A stretch of 64,000 nt of DNA from Eledone cirrhosa (taxonomy: Eukaryota): contig OZ024740.1 of assembly GCA_964016885.1 (NCBI GenBank), forward strand, positions 88,970,001 to 89,034,000, given 5' to 3'. Position 1 is the first letter of the stretch, and every line of letters starts with the position of its first letter. The position numbers and the translations under genes were made by a program. Below, piece after piece: positions 55,111 to 64,000 of the stretch. The notes beneath the pieces are model-generated. The model did not search any database and was not told where the DNA came from. It was given only the letters and a program-made list of their open reading frames with translations.

Positions 55111-56442
55111 ATGATGATACCAATTAACGAAACACCAGGCGGCATGGACGAAGACTTCAAAAAAAGATTCAATGAAGATTTCTTCAATGGTCCTACGAAT
55201 ATTGAAAACCTAATAGCGTATACATGGGTATATCGCTGGAAAGAAGAAGATGAATTCACATGGAGGGAGCCGAATTTATATAAGCACCCAAACCAAGTTA
55301 TCGAGTATAAACCTTATAAAGAAGAACATGTCCTCCTATTCCGACTCTTGTGTACTTTCTCGTGTATAATTGTTGACCATCCAAAGGACCCTCTCGAATT
55401 AAACACTTATGGGTGCGTTGAATGCCATCATATCATGGCATTCAACGCACCCATCCGACCAGCATACGTTTCAAACACCTTAAAAAACAATACTCAAGAA
55501 CGACCCGATCAATGGTTATGAAACAGTAGCAGTCAAAATTAACTCACCAGCAGGATTTAGTGAATACTTACAAAAATACAGATTAATAGCCTGCAATAAC
55601 ATAAAGACTACATCACAAAGAAGAATGTTATCGACAATAGCCAAGGAGGATCTGACACCAGCCCACAAAGAAGACAGTACTATCAAGATAAAAACGAACG
55701 ATACTGTTAGAGGAAACAAGTTTAATTTTGTAAAGGATCTAATGATACTTTACGTGTACAACAGGAAAAGATATTTATGGTGCTGCGTGGGATGCTGTCT
55801 ACAGAAATACATCTAATCTCTCCCCCCTATTACAACCAGCAGCCACACAATTACAAATCCAAAACAGAATTAGTCTTATCTGGGAACAAATTCAAGAAAA
55901 AAGGCTGATGCTAAGCAGTGATAGCAATAGATATTGGTCAGTAAACACCAGTCTGGCGATATACGAACAGTGGACAGCCTTTCACTGCATCAGCCATATT
56001 AAATTTGCAAAATATTTATTTGATGTGTGCCATAAGGTTTTACCGAAAATAAATGCACTACATATAACCGGTATACCAAATAGCGGCAAAAGCTACATAT
56101 TACGTTCGGTACTAAAACGGATTGATGAATTGCGGTAGAATGCGATGCCAGGCTAGTGACAATTACATTCGGTACCTGCGTTGATAAAACATTAATATTT
56201 ACGGATGAAATGTGGTTCACGAACACGAATATTGAGGAGGCCAAATGAATCCTAGAGGGTACCGAAACCTATGTAAACATCAACAAGAACGTATCATGTA
56301 TAGAACACCGTGCATTAGTACGGGGAATAGCGATCCTTGGGACCGTGTTATGCAGGACGAAGCAGCTTTGAGGGCCAGAATGTTCATATACAACACGAAC
56401 AAGCCAATGCCGACTATTGGCAGACCATTGAAGATGTGGTAA
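55111..56442 (+). pseudogene. NS1: Endogenous parvovirus-like NS1/Rep (rolling-circle nickase + SF3 helicase), frameshifted
   Basis: Motif II-like CHHIM, motif III-like EYLQK; Walker A GIPNSGKS, Walker B LIFTDE, EEAK.ILEG, motif C CISTGN, Arg finger ALRARM. Confidence 0.85.
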
Positions 56443-58884
56443 ACACAACCGCGATAGTAATTACTTGTCTCTCTTTAGCACAGCTACAGTTAGAAGATTC
56501 ACTGTCGAACCGCCAAATCCTTTTCTGCATCGAGTTGGAAAACATATAGTTCGAAGCACACATGACTCGTCTCAGATAGAAAGGAATTTACATATGTCGA
56601 AACTCAGTTTTTTTGAAACTGAGATTTTAAAAAATTAGTTAGCGGCTGGCGATATTTGTTTACTGACAAAATGTAAAGAATTGACCAAATGGAAAATGCA
56701 TTTCTGCAAAATACTGAGAATATCTCCAACAATTTTCAAATATATAATAGTGTATTCTTTGCTTTGTACTGCCTTGTATTCGACCAACATTTTTTAAAAC
56801 TTTTTTTTTTCTCAATCTGAATACCATATCCAAGTGTATCTATACATGAGGTGAGATAAAGCTTGTCATTCCCTAGCTGATGATATATGCGCATTAACAT
56901 CTAGAGATATAGTTGGGTAGTGAGGCCATGTTTATTAGCTGTAATCATAGGTCAACTCAAACGTGGTCATATTTACATGTATTCTGTTTGAGAAAAAACT
57001 CTGCTAACAAATAAATAACACCAATCGAATATGTCTGAGAAGCTAGGAAAAAAAGAAACTACCCTTCAGTCTCCACCCATGTTTGAATTTGGAATTATGA
57101 TGAACAGCATATATCGTGTGCAAGTCCATTATCAATGTGTTGAGCACAGCTACTTCATAAGAAGTATTAGATTGGTGTTTCATATATAGTGATTATGGTG
57201 AGTAGGTGAGTGGCAATATGTTAAATGATGTTGTTAGTGCAGTGGAGTTGTTTTCTCGCCCCAACCAAAACATCGTAAAATTTCTTAACATATTACTTAT
57301 GGCGGATGATGGTTTATTCGCTTATATGAAATACGGTAATTAGCATTTTGCAAGCAAAATAATGATGTTGTTATTGAAGATTCCACTTAGAATGCGCGAG
57401 ATATATTACCTATTAGCATCACTAACTTAGCTAATAGATTCAAATATATGCTCGGCACTCTAATCTACCGTATATTAACACATGCAGCTATTAGATGTGA
57501 TGAGAATATCCATTCGTTAGTTAGTTGCATTTTATACTGATTGCTCTATTCTATTGACCAATACCATCCTTATTGGTTTACACAATGATTCCATCTAGAA
57601 AATGAAATAATCTACGTTAAATGGCTAATAGCACAATATTTAGATTAAAACTGTAACGCATCAGGTTGTGTAAAAGGTGAAATGTACTCGTTAAATTGAA
57701 TGACCTAATGTTCTAGCCATGCAGAAGAACAATTACTAAATGGAGGGCAGAGAGACATGGACATTATTTGAGTGGGAGAAAGAGTGAGTGAGAGAATAAG
57801 ATAAACGGTATGAAGAGACATATACAGAGATGTAGTGAAGTGATGAGATGTGTCTTAATAGATACGTGATAACAGAATTGTTTTAAATCACGGATGTGGG
57901 TAACAGCTGCGTTAACATTAAGGAGTGTTTTGGAGGGAATAGCGATAAATTAAAATGAATAAAGAGAAGTAAATTAACTTAATGTTGCCTCATAACAACT
58001 ATACACAGTTTAAAAAGCACTCAGCAGTATGCACACATTCAAAACATAGAAACATATAGCATACACACACAGGCGAGGAAACACATACATCCGAGCATAA
58101 TCACACAGGCGCACATTTGCAACCCCCCCTCACACACCACCACCACCTCACACGCAGAAACGTCCATATCGTGTAATTAGTTTTCGTTCTTTGTGATAAT
58201 ATCTAATTATACTAATTATTTTCTTGTACTATGGTTAATTAATCGTTTTTTTAATGATTATTCTAAACAAATACACTTATATAAATGATTTAGCAGCAAG
58301 ATATATATGTTAATTTTTCAAAGTCAATCTTGTATTTTGTTATGTTTAATACTCATATATTCCCAACAAATATTATTCTTTATAAAAATAAAGTGAAATA
58401 ATTAGAAGTAATATTAAACTCGGGAAAACAGTAACAAATTTAGAAAGAGAAAATTGAAGTCTGTAAACAGAAATTTGTGTTATAAAGTGTTTCTCATTAA
58501 AATGGATTTCTTTTTCTATAGTATGTTATTTTATTTTTGTTGTTGTTTTGAGCGGCCCTAATCCAAATTACCTATGCTTAATCGCATTTTGACATCGCTT
58601 GATGTACTTTTGTATTTTACTTTTGTTATTGGATCGGCATTTGGCTATTAATTCACAAACGTTATAATAAAAAAAAAAAACTGCCTAAATTCTTGCTTTA
58701 TGGACAAGGATTTCTATGAATTAATATGCTGTTGTATCCTGGGTATAACTAAATATACCTTATTATTATATATTAATATACCTGATTATTGTGGATTATG
58801 CTCAAACATAATTCCGCATTCTCTACACTTATTATTTACTAATAATCCGAAGTAGGTTATTATCATTAGGTTTTTGATAATATT

Positions 58885-58968
58885 ATTCATCCTTACGGGG
58901 TCGATAAAATAAAGTACCAGTAATGCACTGGTTAATTGCTGGCCTTGTGTCTAAAATGGAAACAATTA
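58885..58968 (+). mobile_element. SINE 3' half
   Basis: ttcatccttacggggtcgataaaataaagtaccagtaatgcactgg. Confidence 0.8.
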
Positions 58969-59310
58969 TGTATATAAGACACCTGGATTAGATGAAAATA
59001 TGAAATTCCTTGCCTATGGCAGAATATGACTTCGTATATAAAATACTCCTTACTATGATGTTTCATTATAAGAAACAATACCTCGAGTCATTTGGCGACA
59101 ATGTAAATATATTTAGAAAAACGTGCTCCTTGGAAATGATGGTTAAATATTCAACCCAAAGTCGACTCTATAGTTAAAATATACTTCAATCTTAGTTAAG
59201 AACACCTTCCCGAAATTATTTAACGAGATCCTCAAGTATTGCGGATAATATCAGTTACACTATAAGAAAAATAATTTTAATCTTTTAAATTTGAAAATAC
59301 CCGAAAACAT

Positions 59311-59506
59311 TATTATAATTGTTTCTACTTTTTGGCACAAGGCCACCAATTACACAGTGCATTACTGGTACTTTATTTTATCAACCCCGTAAGGATGAAA
59401 GGCAAAGTTAACCTCGGCGGGATTTGAACTCAGATCATAAAGAGACGTAAATATATGCTTCAAAGCATGGTGTCCGACTCTCTACCGATACTGCCAATCC
59501 ACCGCT
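59311..59506 (-). mobile_element. tRNA-derived SINE, full length
   Basis: Close match to 1312-1500. Confidence 0.85.
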
Positions 59507-62439
59507 CTATTATAATGACCTCTCGTTTATATGGCAACATTTTGTCGCGACTTTGTCATTCCAGCCGGGCGAAAAGGGTTTCCCTTTCTGTTTGTTTCTT
59601 TTAATATATATATTTTTTAATCTTAACTCGGATTTGCTGTTGCTTGAGCTGTTGAAAAATGGGCTTTATACAAACGTTCTCACTTGATTCACTATTACCC
59701 GTATTTGTATTACAGTATTTCTCTATTTAATTCATTAACATTATTTGAACACTTTCTCTGTAAATTAAACTTATCAATATTATTATTTTCTCATCTAATA
59801 ACAATTTCATGCTTTACTGTATTAGGCCATTACTCATTATATGCAACTCTATAGCATATGTGGCATTAAACACTGCAACGATAAACATTTCCATTAAATT
59901 TACCCCACATTTCATGCGTTATTACCATTGTAAAACACATGGGTATCAAGAAGAGAATGTTATATATAAGTATTATTGTATAGAAGGCACTGCGCGTTTT
60001 GGAACCCCAGTAGTTGTTGCGCGTTTAATGTTTTGATTAGTGAAATGTCTAAATATCACGTATAATAGTGACATATCAATATGAAGACTATGATATATTC
60101 CAGAGGTGTTGTCAGCGATTGCGAAGCAGAATATTTGTACAGAGTTAAAATTAAAAAGAAATAAAACATTGAATTAACAATGTACGTGAATGATGAAGTG
60201 AAGCACACATTGTCTTTCCTTTGCATGCATTTAATTAACTTCAGATGAATGTTTTTATTCATATAAATTGTATATGGGTGAAAACATATTGACGTTAGAA
60301 TTTAAAGAGCATTAAATTAAAATTCTTTTGATCATAAGTACTTACATAAATAACATTACAACATTAATTCGTTTAATAATATTTTACACAATATCTTGGT
60401 TTAAAAATTATCGTTTAATATTTGTCTTTTGTCCATCATCCGTACAATAGCTCTCTCTTTGTTTCCTTACTTTCATAAACATATATCACCTCTAACTAAT
60501 TGTTAGAAAACCTCACAATACAAATATACTTTTTAAACTCGTTATATTTTCCATGCTGCGGGGGTACTAACAATATTATCTCATGCGTAACTTCCGACTA
60601 GAAAAAGTGAGACTTTCAAACGATGCTCCAACCGAACTGTGACAACGGGACAATGTTGCTTATTTATAATAGTTTGCAAGTCCATTTCTTTAATTCCACA
60701 AAAAGAACACACCAATTTTTAATAGAAAATGTATTATCGAACTCAGCAAATGTCATCACTTGTTTCACAGAAGCCATTGCGTTGGTCGACTCCTCTCTAT
60801 TATTTACTTTAATACTGTACTCATAAAGCAGAGTGATTAGAAACATTGCAGGTGACTAAGCTTAATAATTTCATTAATGGAATATGAGACTTCACAATTG
60901 ACGTTGATATAGCCCACAAGAAGTGTTCCCGTATTATTTGAACTTTCTAGCCTAAGGATATTATTGACATTAGCCTTGCGTTTCTTTCTTTTACCTTTAC
61001 CCATCTTCAATACCATTGTATGCTGTCGTCTCCCCAATTGGAAAAAAAGTATGTAAATAGAATAACATAATAGTTTAATTACAAAAAGAGTAGACTGGGG
61101 TAGACATAAATGTTCATATTATAGATTGAACAACACCAGTATGTGCACTACAAAATGTTTATGTTTTCGACGATATTCCCTGAATATTGCACAAATGATG
61201 TTGGTATTGACTGTAAATACCCATAAAGATTGGAAATCATGCTCTTCAGCCCTACATAAATCAAGCTTGTAAAATGTTAAACGTTGTTACACAATAATTT
61301 CATCTTAACCGGCTATGCTTTGTGTATAGATTCAATTCTGCTTTTATAAATTACTGACCGCACTTCAATACACATTCAGCCTCTTAACTAAAGTGACCCA
61401 TATACACACAAGCGCAAGCACACTTATATAGCTACAAGCCCTTACAACAGCAAATTAAAGACAACCAATCACGAAACCTACCAACAGTCTCATGCACCCA
61501 AACATATGACACCTCCTCACCACCACATTCCCTAAATATTGCCCCATTAAACCTGCCCGACATAAAACCCAAACCACGAGGCAGGCACATGTGGACACCA
61601 TATATATATATATATATTGTGGGACTTTATTTATCGGACACACGGAACACGGTATGGCGAGCATTTGAGGAATCGCTGATAAGTTACAAACAAAGTGTGA
61701 TGATCAATGACATGGAAGCTGGCTTACCATGAGATTAGTTCGAACCCAAATCCTATGTTAAATCGTATGTTGACGAATATTCGTACGCCCGGCATGTTAA
61801 TTGTAATATGCCGTCTTTGAGAGTAGAGTTTATTTTGTCGATATTTTGAGGTGTTGGATCGTGGGAAGATTAACACGAATTAAGAAGATGTAACTTCTCC
61901 CCCATTATTGACACTTTGCAACAGTGAACGTTTCAAGGCCCTCCTTAGGGCCAACAATTCTGATTGTTTATCCGACTTGTTATGGTGTGTCTACTCTAGG
62001 GGGAAAATGGGATCGTTTTATTGAATGGCTTCATTCATTCGAAGGGTTTTACAATATTCACTCTGTTATAATTTCTTCAATAATTGCAATGACTTCCTCA
62101 ATTGTTCTGTGTTTGTTCTTGAGCGCTAAGGCAGTGAGTTTGCTATTCTTATACATAAGTTTGTTGAACAAGTTCGATACGTTTGGAACTCAAACTTCCC
62201 CGGCTTATTCACTCTGAATGAAGAAAGCTGGATGGCAGAAGAACTTATGATTTAAACAGCTATTGATCGTTCCACAAAAAAAATTGATCTGCCATAAAAA
62301 CACCTAGCAAAGGTTGCTATTGAAAATCCAGTATTGGCACCGATGGTCACTCGCATTTTCAGGCGCACTCTGGGAACTGCGAATAATCCCATTTTTCCTA
62401 GGTCAAAAATTTCAATGGAGTTGTAAGATGATTAAATCT

Positions 62440-62560
62440 ACGCCAGTGCGTTACTGGTACTTTATTTTAGTCGATCCCGTAAGGATGAAAGGATTAAACC
62501 CAGAACCTACAGGGCCGTAACAATATATCGCAAAGCATGTTGTTTGACGCTCTACCGATT
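62440..62560 (-). mobile_element. SINE, internally deleted
   Basis: ttactggtactttattttagtcgatcccgtaaggatgaaagg. Confidence 0.7.
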
Positions 62561-62612
62561 ATAATAAACAATGTCTTAGGTAGTTTCCATGTGATTTCGT
62601 AGTCGCTAAAAA

Positions 62613-62746
62613 AGTCCATTTAAAATATGCTTGTGTGTGTGAGAGTTCGGCAATTTCTGTAATGTACGGAAGAATGCCGAAAACACAGATACATACACAC
62701 ATACAAATAGTTATATAAATACATAATAAATACTAACGCAGATGCA

Positions 62747-62819
<73 letters not shown>

Positions 62820-63100
62820 TGTCTATAGAATCACAAGATAAAATATAATTTTCAACTGTCGAAAATTGCAAACTTGACGGTCACCACATATTATGAACCT
62901 GAAGATTGCGAAAGCATGAAAGTACTTGTTCAATTAACACTTAGAATTTAATATTCTATCATACTATTTCATTATAATGCCATTATAAATTTTAAACGAT
63001 TGTAAATAAAACGAGTAAATCAGACAAAGTTGGAATTCCTCTTATTAATATTAATATAATCTTCTATACACAATCATACACACCCGTGTATATTTATCTA

Positions 63101-63181
<81 letters not shown>

Positions 63182-63185
63182 GCGT

Positions 63186-63237
<52 letters not shown>

Positions 63238-63582
63238 GTGGGACACTGGAAGGCAATATCCGTAGTGGTAGAGCACTCAGTCCAAGGGACGAGTTAGATA
63301 GAAGTGGTTACACAACAGTTAGTTCACCATACCGAGAACAATTGTTTCAGCTTCGCGGATCTTCAGCTCGGGATGTATATGGTTATAGGAACAGGAAAGA
63401 CAACCGTACGAACGCGCATGCGCAGAAACTCGGTCACTTCACACAGGCAAGAGTAGACTGCGTGCGGGGGGGGGGGTTATTAAGTATTTGTATGTGTGTA
63501 TGTATCTGTGTTTTCGGCATTCTTCCGTACATTACAGAAATTGCCGAACTCTCACACACACAAGCATATTTTAAAATTGACT
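62613..63582. repeat. ~97-bp inverted repeats (62613-62709 / 63485-63582) enclosing microsatellites; MITE/fold-back-like
   Basis: gagagttcggcaatttctgtaatgtacggaagaatgccgaaaacac and its exact reverse complement. Confidence 0.85.
63332..63371 (-). ncRNA. Minimal type I hammerhead ribozyme
   Basis: Minus strand ccgag-CTGAAGA-tccgcgaagct-GAAA-caattg-TT-ctcgg; perfect stem I, palindromic stem III, weak stem II. Confidence 0.6.
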
Positions 63583-63746
63583 AAACAAATTTAAAGTAGA
63601 GTGAGACTGTCACTACTCTAAAACAATAGCGTAAGATCTTCGAAATGCTTTTAATTAAGCATACATGTATTGCAAAATACACTATATATATACATTCATA
63701 TATATATCGCTATTTCAGAGCACCAATTCTAATTTATATACATACA

Positions 63747-63786
<40 letters not shown>

Positions 63787-64000
63787 ATATATATACAGTA
63801 TTTAAGCGCAGACCCAGCCTCAGACAAACAGATGCGGCAAAAAAAAAAAAAAAATTGTCCGGGAAGGACTGCCGTAACACCGGCCAGAGTTACCTCCCTT
63901 GACCTGCTGCAAAATCAACACAAGCTATTTTTGCGAGCAATGAACCTTGATGTGGATTTAACCCCCAAAACTCTTTCCGAGCAATATAAGGAACACTTTT

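Overview
AT-rich, repeat-dense eukaryotic (animal) genomic DNA. The SINE/LINE complement and microsatellites resemble a cephalopod such as Octopus (inference from recall). I could not establish any host protein-coding gene. Contents: many tRNA-derived SINE copies; a non-autonomous Helitron; a decayed RTE LINE; a near-intact Penelope-like element (RT + GIY-YIG) with tandem/inverted pLTRs; R4/Dong-type REL-LINE fragments; an array of Tx1/L1-clade LINEs in (TAA)n repeats (36.4-52.9 kb); and, right after it, a ~3.2 kb endogenous parvovirus-like element. Top finding: in this viral element the PLA2-bearing capsid gene lies UPSTREAM of NS1 (nickase + SF3 helicase) on the same strand, only 17 nt apart, with a GC-box/TATA inside the capsid 3' end. 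That is the reverse of the canonical parvovirus layout. Second theme: several hammerhead ribozymes, including a U3-A8 core variant in the Penelope pLTRs and minimal hammerheads inside non-coding fold-back elements. All calls were made by eye, and boundaries are approximate unless stated.
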